Below are positions 20,338 through 29,163 of a stretch of DNA of 64,000 bases, piece after piece. The stretch is from positions 1,501 through 65,500 of the IMG/VR virus record IMGVR_UViG_3300001485_000179, one strand, 5' to 3'. The DNA is from a virus. The translations under genes and the position numbers were made by a program. A model generated the notes under the pieces. The model ran no database searches. It was given only the letters and a program-made list of their open reading frames with translations, and had not been told where the DNA came from. Numbering within the stretch: position 1 is the first letter of the stretch; each line of letters begins with the position of its first letter.

Positions 20338-23300
20338 ATGAGTCAAAAATTAGCTGATGAAATAATTAGTTATTTGGGTTCTTCTAAATGGTCTGAAGAG
20401 GAATTTCTAGAACATGTCGGATTAGACCATATTGAATCTAAAGTTGGTCCAGGTTCTGGAAGATATCATTATGGTTCTGGTGATAAACCAATTCAAAGAC
20501 CTAAAGATTTCCTGCAAGAAGTTGAACGATTAAAATTAGGTGGTTGGAAAGAGACTCCTGAAAATATTAAAAATACTTTTGGATTATCTATAAATGATTA
20601 CAGAGCAGAAAAAAGAATCTGTAAAGAAGACAGACAAGCAGTTATATTTTCTAGAGTAAGAAAAATAATGGAAGAACATCCTACTTGGGGAGATACTCAA
20701 ATAGGTAGAGAATTAGGAAATGTTAGTGAATCTACAGTTAGAGGCTATAAACTACAGATGGCTAAAACTAAAGAAAATCAAACTAGAGATTTGGCAGCTT
20801 CTCTAAAGAAAAGAATAGATGAATCTAAATATGGAATGATTGATGTTGGTAAAGGTGTAGAAAAAGAAATAAATGTATCTAGAGAAAAATTAGATGCTGC
20901 TTTATATTTACTAGAAAAAGAAGGCTACGGAACATATAGTAACCGTATTCCACAACCAACAAATAAAAATAACCAAACCATTCAAAAAGTATTATGTAAA
21001 CCAGAAATAAAACCATCAAAAGGAAAAAGTACACCTGCTGAATTATATAATTATGACCAGATTGAAACACTAACAAAATATATTTCTAGAGATAATGGTA
21101 AAACATTAGAAAAGAAATTTAATTACCCAGAGTCATTAGATTCTAAGAGATTGAAAATAAGATATGCTGAAGATAAAGATTCTGATGGTATTAAAGGTGT
21201 TGATAAAGATGGTGTTATTGAATTAAGAAGAGGTGTTAAAGATTTAAGTCTTAATGGCGACCATTATTCTCAAGTTCGTATATTAGTTGATGGAACACAT
21301 TATTTAAAAGGTATGGCTGTTTATGGCGACGACAAAGACTTTCCACCAGGAGTAGATGTTATATTCAATACTAATAAACCTAGAGGAACTCCAGTTATGG
21401 ACCCTGATAAAAATGTAAAACAAGTATTGAAAAATATTAAGAACGATCCAGAAAACCCTTTTGGTTCTACAATAAAAGATGCAGACCAAGGTGGACAATA
21501 TTGGTATACTGATGAAAAAGGTAAAAAGAAATTAGGTTTAATTAATAAGAAATCAGCTGAAGGTGATTGGACTGAATGGTCTGATGCATTACCTTCACAA
21601 TTCTTATCTAAGCAAAGTATTACATTGATTAAGAAACAGTTAGGTTTAGCAAAAGCAAACAAAACAGAAGAGTTCGAGGAAATAAATAATTTAACAAATC
21701 CAGTTATAAAGAAATACTATCTTCAAAAGTTTGCTGATGGTTGTGATAAGGCTGCTGTAGATTTAAAAGCCGCTGCTTTACCAGGACAAAAATATCATGT
21801 TATTATACCTAATAATACATTAAAAGAAGACGAAGTTTATGCTCCTGGGTATGCTGATGGTACTAAATTAGCATTAATAAGATATCCACATTCTGGAACA
21901 TTCGAAATTCCAGTATGTACTGTTAACAATAAAAATAAATTAGGACAAAAATTAATTGGCAAATCGGATACTATTGATGCTGTATGTATTAATAAAAAAG
22001 TAGCAGACCAATTATCAGGCGCTGATTTTGATGGCGATACTGTAATGTGTATTCCAACTGACGATCCTAAAGGCAGAGTAAAAGTTTCTAGAAGACCATA
22101 TTTACAGGATTTGAAAGACTTTGATCCTGGAATGTATGAAGGTGAACCAGTTTACGATTCTAATGGTAAAATAAAAACAGATAATAAAGGTAACAAAATA
22201 TATAAATATGACGGTCATGAATTTACAGCTATGTCAAACAGAACTAAACAAAGAGAAATGGGTGTAGTTTCAAATCTTATAACTGATATGACATTACAAG
22301 GTGCTAATGACAAAGATTTAGCAATGGCTGTTAAACATTCTATGGTTGTTATTGATGCTGAAAAACATAAATATGATTATAAAGCAAGTGAAATAGATAA
22401 TGAAATATCTAGATTAAAAGCAAAGTATCAAATAAAGAGAGATGCTGATGGAAATGTTATAGGTTATGGTGGAGCAGGAACTATTGTTTCTAGAGCTAAA
22501 GGAGAAGAAAGAATAGACAAAAGACAAGGACAACCTAAAGTAAATATTAAAGGTAAATCCTATTATGACCCAAATAAACCAGAAGGTTCTCTAATATACA
22601 CTCAAGCAGACCCTAGTAAACTATACTTTGCTGTAAGTAGCATCGACCAAACTACTGGTATAAGGACTATGACTACTATAGATGGTAAAAAGATATCCTA
22701 TGATACAAGGGATCCTAAGGCTAAAGATAAATATGCCCCAGTATTACATGTAGCTAAAGATGGTACTGGATATTATACAAATAAAAAAGGTGACATAATT
22801 TATAGAACCACTAAAAGAACTGATACAAGTACAAGAATGGCTGAAGCAGACGATGCTAGAACCCTAATAGGAGACCCTCATAATGCTAAGGAGATAGCCT
22901 ATGCTGACTATGCTAATAGTCTAAAATCACTAGCTAATAATGCTAGACTAGAGATATATAATACTAAGAACTTACAATATAACCCTACCGCTGCTAGACA
23001 GTATGCTAAACAGGTTAGCTCACTAGAAGCTAAGCTAAATGACGCACAGAAGAACGCATGGAGGGAGAGGGAAGCATTACGTAAATCTAATGTAGAATTA
23101 AGTAAACGTATATCTGAGGACCCTTCATTATCAGGAGAAGACCTTAAAAAGCTTGGCCAACGTTCTCTAAGCAAGAATAGAGAAGAGATAGGGTCTGTTT
23201 CTAGAAGAAAACGTAATATAACAATTGATGACGAAGAATGGGAAGCTATACAAGCAGGCGCTATAAGTAACAATAAATTAAAGCAAATACTTGACAATTC

Positions 23301-23475
23301 AGATCCTGATTCTTTAAGACAAAGAGCAATGCCTAAACCACAAGTTTCACTTTCGCCAGCACAAATAGAAAGAGCTAAGCGAATGGCTGATTCTAACTTT
23401 ACTATAGAACAAATAGCTAAAAAGATGGGCGTTTCTAAGTCTACACTTTATAAGTATTTGAAAGGAGTTGAATAA
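20338..23475 (+). CDS. Single-chain double-psi-beta-barrel RNA polymerase (YonO/RdRP-like) with HTH domains
   Basis: LIRYPHSG (R-x-P) and LSGADFDGD catalytic motifs; C-terminal HTH FTIEQIAKKMGVSKSTLYKYL; N-terminal HTH-like DTQIGRELGNVSESTVR. Confidence 0.75.
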   Translation: MSQKLADEIISYLGSSKWSEEEFLEHVGLDHIESKVGPGSGRYHYGSGDKPIQRPKDFLQEVERLKLGGWKETPENIKNTFGLSINDYRAEKRICKEDRQAVIFSRVRKIMEEHPTWGDTQIGRELGNVSESTVRGYKLQMAKTKENQTRDLAASLKKRIDESKYGMIDVGKGVEKEINVSREKLDAALYLLEKEGYGTYSNRIPQPTNKNNQTIQKVLCKPEIKPSKGKSTPAELYNYDQIETLTKYISRDNGKTLEKKFNYPESLDSKRLKIRYAEDKDSDGIKGVDKDGVIELRRGVKDLSLNGDHYSQVRILVDGTHYLKGMAVYGDDKDFPPGVDVIFNTNKPRGTPVMDPDKNVKQVLKNIKNDPENPFGSTIKDADQGGQYWYTDEKGKKKLGLINKKSAEGDWTEWSDALPSQFLSKQSITLIKKQLGLAKANKTEEFEEINNLTNPVIKKYYLQKFADGCDKAAVDLKAAALPGQKYHVIIPNNTLKEDEVYAPGYADGTKLALIRYPHSGTFEIPVCTVNNKNKLGQKLIGKSDTIDAVCINKKVADQLSGADFDGDTVMCIPTDDPKGRVKVSRRPYLQDLKDFDPGMYEGEPVYDSNGKIKTDNKGNKIYKYDGHEFTAMSNRTKQREMGVVSNLITDMTLQGANDKDLAMAVKHSMVVIDAEKHKYDYKASEIDNEISRLKAKYQIKRDADGNVIGYGGAGTIVSRAKGEERIDKRQGQPKVNIKGKSYYDPNKPEGSLIYTQADPSKLYFAVSSIDQTTGIRTMTTIDGKKISYDTRDPKAKDKYAPVLHVAKDGTGYYTNKKGDIIYRTTKRTDTSTRMAEADDARTLIGDPHNAKEIAYADYANSLKSLANNARLEIYNTKNLQYNPTAARQYAKQVSSLEAKLNDAQKNAWREREALRKSNVELSKRISEDPSLSGEDLKKLGQRSLSKNREEIGSVSRRKRNITIDDEEWEAIQAGAISNNKLKQILDNSDPDSLRQRAMPKPQVSLSPAQIERAKRMADSNFTIEQIAKKMGVSKSTLYKYLKGVE

Positions 23476-23478
23476 TCT

Positions 23479-23757
23479 ATGAATAATGAAGAAGAAACAA
23501 AAGAATTCATGTTAACGACAATTGATAATCCTTATAATCCTTTCACACAATTTGATGAATGGTTTCAGTTTGATGTTGACAATAATTATTCAACTTGTTC
23601 AAAGATTGCAAGACTTGCAAACATTAAAGATTACATGTCAAATGCTCAAAAAGATGAAGAAACAGCAAAAGCTATTGATAGATTAATTGAAATTGATCCT
23701 TTTGATGTGTATGTAAAGGTATATAGTACCGAAAAAGACATAGGGGAGGGGGTCTAA
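23479..23757 (+). CDS. Conserved hypothetical protein preceding the genome end
   Basis: 92 aa, MLTTIDNPYNPFTQFDEW motif, AAGGAG RBS. Confidence 0.8.
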   Translation: MNNEEETKEFMLTTIDNPYNPFTQFDEWFQFDVDNNYSTCSKIARLANIKDYMSNAQKDEETAKAIDRLIEIDPFDVYVKVYSTEKDIGEGV

Positions 23758-23815
23758 AAACATACCCCCCGTCCTTTATCGCGCCCCTCTTTAAAAATTC
23801 TCCGGAAAGGATTTT
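23742..23815. other. Probable cos/genome-terminus region (candidate 9-nt overhang CGCGCCCCT at 23780-23788)
   Basis: GC-rich island (GGGGAGGGGG...CCCCCC...CGCGCCCCT...TCTCCGGA) just upstream of terS candidate, HNH and terL. Confidence 0.6.
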
Positions 23816-23828
23816 TGAAAAAACATTT

Positions 23829-24002
23829 TAGCATAGGTAGTGCTTAGTGTGACTTATAAGTTGAAATGACATTTTATCGCAGCTCACTCCTAATTATTTA
23901 AACGTATAAAAAGACATCATTTATATCGCTCCTTTCCTTGTAAACCACCATAAAAACTATACATAAAGTCCTTATAAGTCACGCTAAGCATTATCTATAC
24001 TA
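23829..24002 (+). ncRNA. Candidate multi-target antisense RNA: 32-bp stem with anti-RBS loop
   Basis: Arms 23829-23860 and 23971-24002 (28 WC, 3 G.U, 1 mismatch); loop 23884-23902 is the reverse complement of 8017-8035; loop 23916-23936 is the reverse complement of 19763-19783. Confidence 0.7.
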
Positions 24003-24034
24003 TTATAAAAAGCTAGATAAATAGTTAGAAAGGA

Positions 24035-24373
24035 GTGATGACTATTACAAAAGTATCTAACGATATGAAACCTGCTCTAACTCCAGAAGCTAAAGAGAAT
24101 CAAATGATATACTTAGCGACCTCACTAGCCGAAAAACAATTAAAAGATGGTACTGCATCTTCTCAAGTAATAACACATTATTTAAAATTAGCAACTGAAG
24201 AGACACGAAGAAAAAATAAATTACTAGAAATGCAAACTAAGTTAGCCGCTGCTAAAACAGAATCATTAGAATCTGCTAAAGAAATAGAAGAACTATATAA
24301 AGAGGCTATAAAAGCAATGAACCACTATAAAGGTCTTGATGAGGAGAATGAATTAGAGAATGGTCAACAATAA
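24035..24373 (+). CDS. Putative terminase small subunit
   Basis: First gene after the cos candidate; PALTPEAKENQMI, GTASSQVITHYLKL, coiled coil. Confidence 0.55.
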   Translation: MMTITKVSNDMKPALTPEAKENQMIYLATSLAEKQLKDGTASSQVITHYLKLATEETRRKNKLLEMQTKLAAAKTESLESAKEIEELYKEAIKAMNHYKGLDEENELENGQQ

Positions 24374-24791
24374 AAATATTAAAACTTATTCAGAATTAAG
24401 TAAGTTAAAAACTTTTGAAGAGCGATTTGATTACCTTAATCTAAACGGAGTAGTTTGTGAAGAGACTTTTGGTTTTGATAGATATTTAAACCAAAAATTT
24501 TATAATTCAACTGAATGGAGAAATATTAGAAATAGAGTAATAGCTAGAGATAAAGGTTGTGACTTGGGATGTGATGGTTATGAAATAAATTATGACAAAA
24601 TATTAATTCACCACATGAATCCAATAACTCAAGATGATATAATAAATAAATCAAAATATTTATTAGATCCTGAGTATCTTATAACAACTGTTAAAAAAAC
24701 TCATGATGCTATACATTATGGTGATAGGAGTGAATTATATCCAGAACCAGTTGAAAGATTTAAAAATGATATGTGTCCATGGATACATTAA
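24360..24791 (+). CDS. HNH endonuclease (packaging-associated)
   Basis: W..IRNRVIARDKGCD, LIHHMNP, THDAIHYG. Confidence 0.85.
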   Translation: MVNNKNIKTYSELSKLKTFEERFDYLNLNGVVCEETFGFDRYLNQKFYNSTEWRNIRNRVIARDKGCDLGCDGYEINYDKILIHHMNPITQDDIINKSKYLLDPEYLITTVKKTHDAIHYGDRSELYPEPVERFKNDMCPWIH

Positions 24792-24804
24792 GGAGGAATA
24801 AAAA

Positions 24805-25251
24805 ATGAGTAGAAGTAACTATAGAAGTTATTATAAAGAAAAAGAAAATAATGAAGATATTAAAGATAATATCGTAGATAATGTTGAAGATGATGTTAAA
24901 GATGATATCGTAGAAGACATTAACGATGATGTTAAAGATGACGTTGTAGATAATGTTGAAGATGATGTTAAAGATGATATCGTAGAAGACATTAACGATG
25001 ATGTTAAAGATGACGTTGTAGATAATGTCGAAGATGATGTTAAAGATGATGAAATAACAGTAGGTGTTGTTGTTAATTGTACAAGATTAAATGTTAGAAG
25101 AACTGCTAATAGATTATCAAAAGTTTTAACAGTAATAGAAAAAGGAACTAGTGTAATTATAGAAAACGCAAAACCATCTAATGGATTTTACAAAGTAAAA
25201 GTAGATGATATAGAAGGTTATTGTGTAAAAGATTATATAGAAATTAGATAA
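24805..25251 (+). CDS. Acidic-repeat protein with C-terminal SH3b domain
   Basis: Asp/Val repeats, then LNVRRTAN..VLTVIEKG..GFYKV..EGYCVKDYI. Confidence 0.8.
   Translation: MSRSNYRSYYKEKENNEDIKDNIVDNVEDDVKDDIVEDINDDVKDDVVDNVEDDVKDDIVEDINDDVKDDVVDNVEDDVKDDEITVGVVVNCTRLNVRRTANRLSKVLTVIEKGTSVIIENAKPSNGFYKVKVDDIEGYCVKDYIEIR
24874..25050 (+). repeat. 72-bp tandem repeat (~2.5 copies, 12-bp subperiod)
   Basis: Units start at 24874, 24946 and 25018. Confidence 0.9.
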
Positions 25252-25262
25252 GGTGATTGCTT

Positions 25263-25601
25263 ATGTTTGATGAAAGCATATTAGACTCTATAAAGAAAAT
25301 GCTAGGTATAGAACCATCTTGTGAAGATTTCGATTCAAGTATAATAAGTCACATCAACACTGCTTTCATGACATTAAATCAGTTAGGTGTTGGTCCTGAA
25401 AAAGGATACCGAATAAAAAATAATTCTAATGAATGGAAAGAATTCATAAATGAAGATATGCAGTTAGATGATGTTAAAGACTATATTTATTTAAAAGTTA
25501 AAATGATATTTGACCCACCTATAAATGGTTCAATTATAGAATCTTACAAACAAACTATTCAAGAATTAGAATGGCGATTAATGATAAAAGGAGATGAGTA
25601 A
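25263..25601 (+). CDS. Head-tail adaptor/connector protein
   Basis: SILDSIKKMLG, HINTAF..L.QLGVGP, FDPP, ELEWRL. Confidence 0.7.
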   Translation: MFDESILDSIKKMLGIEPSCEDFDSSIISHINTAFMTLNQLGVGPEKGYRIKNNSNEWKEFINEDMQLDDVKDYIYLKVKMIFDPPINGSIIESYKQTIQELEWRLMIKGDE

Positions 25602-25603
25602 TA

Positions 25604-26197
25604 ATGGATAATCAACAAAATAACTCAGATGAATTATATCATTATGGTAGAATAGGAATGAAATGGGGTCAACATATATTTGGTGATATTAAAAAAACAG
25701 CCCTAGCATATGTTAAAAGAAAAAATAAAGAAAAGAACATAAATGAAAATACCAAAATGCAAATAAAGAAATTAAAAAAGCTTGCTAAAGAAGAAGCAAG
25801 AAAAAGAAAATTTCAGAAAAAGCAAAATAAAAAAATAGCAAACGCTAAAAAACATATATTAGATAAATATGGTATAGATTATGGTAAAGACAATGTCCCA
25901 AATAAAGAAAAACCAGTTACAAAAAGTAACCAATTATCTAAAAAACAAATAAAAAATCTATCAGATACAGATTTAAGTGAACGTTTAAAAAGATTAGAAA
26001 ATGAGAAAAAACTTATAGAATTACAGAGTTACCATGCTACACTAGGTCAAAAATTTATACGATCAGCCATGAAAGATCTGCTTATTCCAGGTGCTATCAA
26101 AGCCGGAAAAGAACTAACAGCTAAGTATTTACAAAAATATGGCGATATGGGACTTGAAGCCCTTGGTGAAGAATTAAATAAAAAGAGGAAAAAGTAA
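25604..26197 (+). CDS. Basic protein with ELYHYG..GMKWG N-terminal motif
   Basis: DELYHYGRIGMKWGQH, Lys-rich body. Confidence 0.75.
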   Translation: MDNQQNNSDELYHYGRIGMKWGQHIFGDIKKTALAYVKRKNKEKNINENTKMQIKKLKKLAKEEARKRKFQKKQNKKIANAKKHILDKYGIDYGKDNVPNKEKPVTKSNQLSKKQIKNLSDTDLSERLKRLENEKKLIELQSYHATLGQKFIRSAMKDLLIPGAIKAGKELTAKYLQKYGDMGLEALGEELNKKRKK

Positions 26198-27942
26198 TGG
26201 CATTATCTAATACAGCTACACCTAAGTATTACGCTATGTTTAGGGATGCTGTAATAAAGGGTGAGATAGCGATAAATGAAAACATCGAAATGGAAATGAA
26301 CCGAATCGATGAATTAATAAAAAATCCTGGCTTTTATTATGACGATAAAGCTATGGATGGTTGGATAGATTTTTGTGAAAACGAATTAACACTAACAGAC
26401 GGTAGTGATTTGAAATTACTCGACTCATTTAAATTATGGGCCGAAGAATTGTTTTGTTGGTATTATTTTGTAGAACGTAGTGTATATATGCCATCTAAAG
26501 ATGGATATGGTGGTTATTATGTTAGAAAAAAGATTAAAAAGAGATTAATAAATAAACAATATCTTATAGTAGCGAGAGGAGCCGCTAAATCGCAATATCA
26601 ATCATATATTCATCAATATTTTTTAAATGTAGATACATCAACCACACATCAAGTTCACATAGCACCAACAATGTATCAAGCAGAGCAAGTATTAGCGCCA
26701 ATGAGAACCTCTATAGCCAGAGCTAAAGGCCCACTGTTTAAATTTTTAACAGAAGGTTCTATAAATAACACAACTGGTAATAGAGCGAAAAGACCAAAAT
26801 TGGCTCCTACAAAAAAGGGTATTGAAAATTTCTTAACTAATTCATTAGTAGAAATAAAACCAATGTCCATAGATAAAGTTCAAGGACTAAATAGTAGAAT
26901 AAATACTGTTGATGAATGGTTATCAGGCGATATAAGAGAAGATGTTATAGGTGCACTTGAACAAGGAGCTTCTAAAAACGATGATTATCTTATAGTTGCT
27001 GTTAGCTCAGAGGGTACCGTAAGAAATGGTCCTGGTGATACAATCAAAATGGAGCTTATGGATATTCTAAAAGGCGAATATTACAATCCACATGTGTCTA
27101 TATGGTGGTATAAATTAGATAGTATAGATGAAGTAGGTCAACCTGATAAATGGATAAAAGCAAATCCAAATTTAGGTAAAACGGTTTCTTATGAAACATA
27201 CCAGCTCGACGTAGAAAGAGCCGAAAAAGCCCCTTCTAATAGAAATGATATTTTAGCTAAACGTTTTGGAATACCAATGGAAGGTTATACTTATTTCTTT
27301 ACCTATGAAGAAACATTACCACATAGAAAATCTGAATATTTCGGTATGCCATGTTCTTTAGGGGCCGATTTATCTCAAGGTGACGACTTTTGTTCATTTA
27401 CTTTCTTGTTTCCACTTCGCGATGGAGCTTTTGGTATAAAAACAAGAAATTATATAACTGAAAGAACCTTAAATAGATTACCGGGAGCCATGAGATTAAA
27501 GTATGATGAATTTATAAATGAGGGTACTTTAATAATAATGGATGGTACTATATTAGACCCTATGGAGATATATGATGATCTTACTCAATATATAGAGGAT
27601 GTCCAATATGATGTTAGATCATTTGGATATGACCCATATAATGCAAAAGATTTTGTAGAAAGATGGGAAAGAGAAAACGGACCATATGGAATAGAGAAAG
27701 TAATACAAGGAGCTAAGACTGAATCGGTTCCATTAGGAGAAATAAAAATGTTAGCCGAAGACAGATTACTACTATTCGATGAATTAATAATGAAATTCAC
27801 TATGGGTAACTGTATAATATTACAAGATACTAATGGTAATAAAAAGTTATATAAGAAAAGATCAGACCAGAAAATCGATTCAGTAGCTGCTATGATGGAT
27901 GCTTATGTAGCTTATAAAAATAATAGAGAAGCTTTTGAATAA
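26197..27942 (+). CDS. terL: Terminase large subunit
   Basis: VARGAAKS Walker A, TVDEW Walker B, GADLSQGDD nuclease, YDPYN, KIDSVAA. Confidence 0.95.
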   Translation: MALSNTATPKYYAMFRDAVIKGEIAINENIEMEMNRIDELIKNPGFYYDDKAMDGWIDFCENELTLTDGSDLKLLDSFKLWAEELFCWYYFVERSVYMPSKDGYGGYYVRKKIKKRLINKQYLIVARGAAKSQYQSYIHQYFLNVDTSTTHQVHIAPTMYQAEQVLAPMRTSIARAKGPLFKFLTEGSINNTTGNRAKRPKLAPTKKGIENFLTNSLVEIKPMSIDKVQGLNSRINTVDEWLSGDIREDVIGALEQGASKNDDYLIVAVSSEGTVRNGPGDTIKMELMDILKGEYYNPHVSIWWYKLDSIDEVGQPDKWIKANPNLGKTVSYETYQLDVERAEKAPSNRNDILAKRFGIPMEGYTYFFTYEETLPHRKSEYFGMPCSLGADLSQGDDFCSFTFLFPLRDGAFGIKTRNYITERTLNRLPGAMRLKYDEFINEGTLIIMDGTILDPMEIYDDLTQYIEDVQYDVRSFGYDPYNAKDFVERWERENGPYGIEKVIQGAKTESVPLGEIKMLAEDRLLLFDELIMKFTMGNCIILQDTNGNKKLYKKRSDQKIDSVAAMMDAYVAYKNNREAFE

Positions 27943-27954
27943 GGAGGAAACAGA

Positions 27955-28362
27955 ATGGAATTATACCACAGTGATAAATATCTAGGAACTGATTATTCTG
28001 ATGGAATTAAGCATTGGAAATATGTAAAGAGAGAAATGAAAAATGGACGATGGGTTTACTATTACGATACAACACCTTTGGCTAACGAAAAAGAAGGATT
28101 GAAAAGAAATATAAAAACCGATAAATATATGTTAAAATATCAATTACGAGATATTACACCACAGAGGGATGGTAGGTTATATGGGCCATCGTATTATAAA
28201 AGAGCCCTACGTCAAGATCGTATCGATTTAGCAAAAACAAATGCTAAAATGAAAGGTATAAAAATAGCTACTAAATCACTAAATGAAATTTCCAAATATC
28301 GTGATATTGGTAAAAAGAAAATAAATAAAATATTTAATAAATTAAAGAATAAAAGAAGGTGA
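27955..28362 (+). CDS. Basic hypothetical protein (ELYHS / IKHWKY..NGRWVYYY)
   Basis: AAGGAGG RBS, 135 aa. Confidence 0.7.
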   Translation: MELYHSDKYLGTDYSDGIKHWKYVKREMKNGRWVYYYDTTPLANEKEGLKRNIKTDKYMLKYQLRDITPQRDGRLYGPSYYKRALRQDRIDLAKTNAKMKGIKIATKSLNEISKYRDIGKKKINKIFNKLKNKRR

Positions 28363-28367
28363 TATTA

Positions 28368-28574
28368 ATGTATGTTTTAACTATAACCGAAAATAATGAA
28401 TTAAAATATTTTTCTAATCTATCATATAATGGTATTTTTACTGATTCTGATATACATAGGTCTGTTATATTTACTAGTTCGTCATCAGCTGCTAGTCAAA
28501 GTGCTATATTACATGAAATCGATGCTAATAGAACATTTACTGTAAAACAAATAACATTACAAGATATTAGTTAG
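28368..28574 (+). CDS. Hypothetical protein
   Basis: AGGTGA RBS before ATG 28368. Confidence 0.55.
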   Translation: MYVLTITENNELKYFSNLSYNGIFTDSDIHRSVIFTSSSSAASQSAILHEIDANRTFTVKQITLQDIS

Positions 28575-28585
28575 GAGGTGATATA

Positions 28586-29143
28586 GTGAATGATGATCAA
28601 AATAACAGCCTAAAACATTTTGGTGTACCTGGAATGCGATGGGGTGTAAGGAGAACATCTGAACAATTAGGTTATAAAATTGATAAATATCGTAATAAAA
28701 ATGCTAAATTAAGTGATTATGCTAAACAGCAACGTAGTAAATCAGAAGAATTAGCTAAAAAAGCTTTAAAATTTAGAAATAAACAATCTAAATGGCAAAA
28801 GAAATTAGATAAAGCGACTGCTAAAAAAGCAAAATTTGATTATGCTGTATATAAACAATCTAATAAACGTATCGGTAAGCCAAATATTGAGAAAATAGCA
28901 AAATATACAGCTAAAGCTATACAGCAACAGCATAAAATAGAAAAAGCACAAAAGCATATTAAATTTAATAAATACCAATTAAAATCAGACAAGGCTAAAG
29001 CAAAAGCTTTAAAAGCCGAAAAATATATAAAGAAAAATGAAAGAATGATATCTATGTATAAAAACACTATACGAGATATTGATTCTGGAACTATTAATAC
29101 TGGTAAAAGTTTTATAATGAAATATTCTAAACCAGATAAATAA
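28586..29143 (+). CDS. Basic coiled-coil protein with SLKHFG.PGMRWG motif
   Basis: N-terminus paralogous to ORF 25604. Confidence 0.75.
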   Translation: MNDDQNNSLKHFGVPGMRWGVRRTSEQLGYKIDKYRNKNAKLSDYAKQQRSKSEELAKKALKFRNKQSKWQKKLDKATAKKAKFDYAVYKQSNKRIGKPNIEKIAKYTAKAIQQQHKIEKAQKHIKFNKYQLKSDKAKAKALKAEKYIKKNERMISMYKNTIRDIDSGTINTGKSFIMKYSKPDK

Positions 29144-29163
29144 AATAATAAGGAGGATTTAGA

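Noticed and set aside
23861-23878. Third antisense segment matching the VRR-NUC coding region (~19680-19698)
   Set aside because: Needs one mismatch and one gap in AT-rich sequence; chance cannot be excluded
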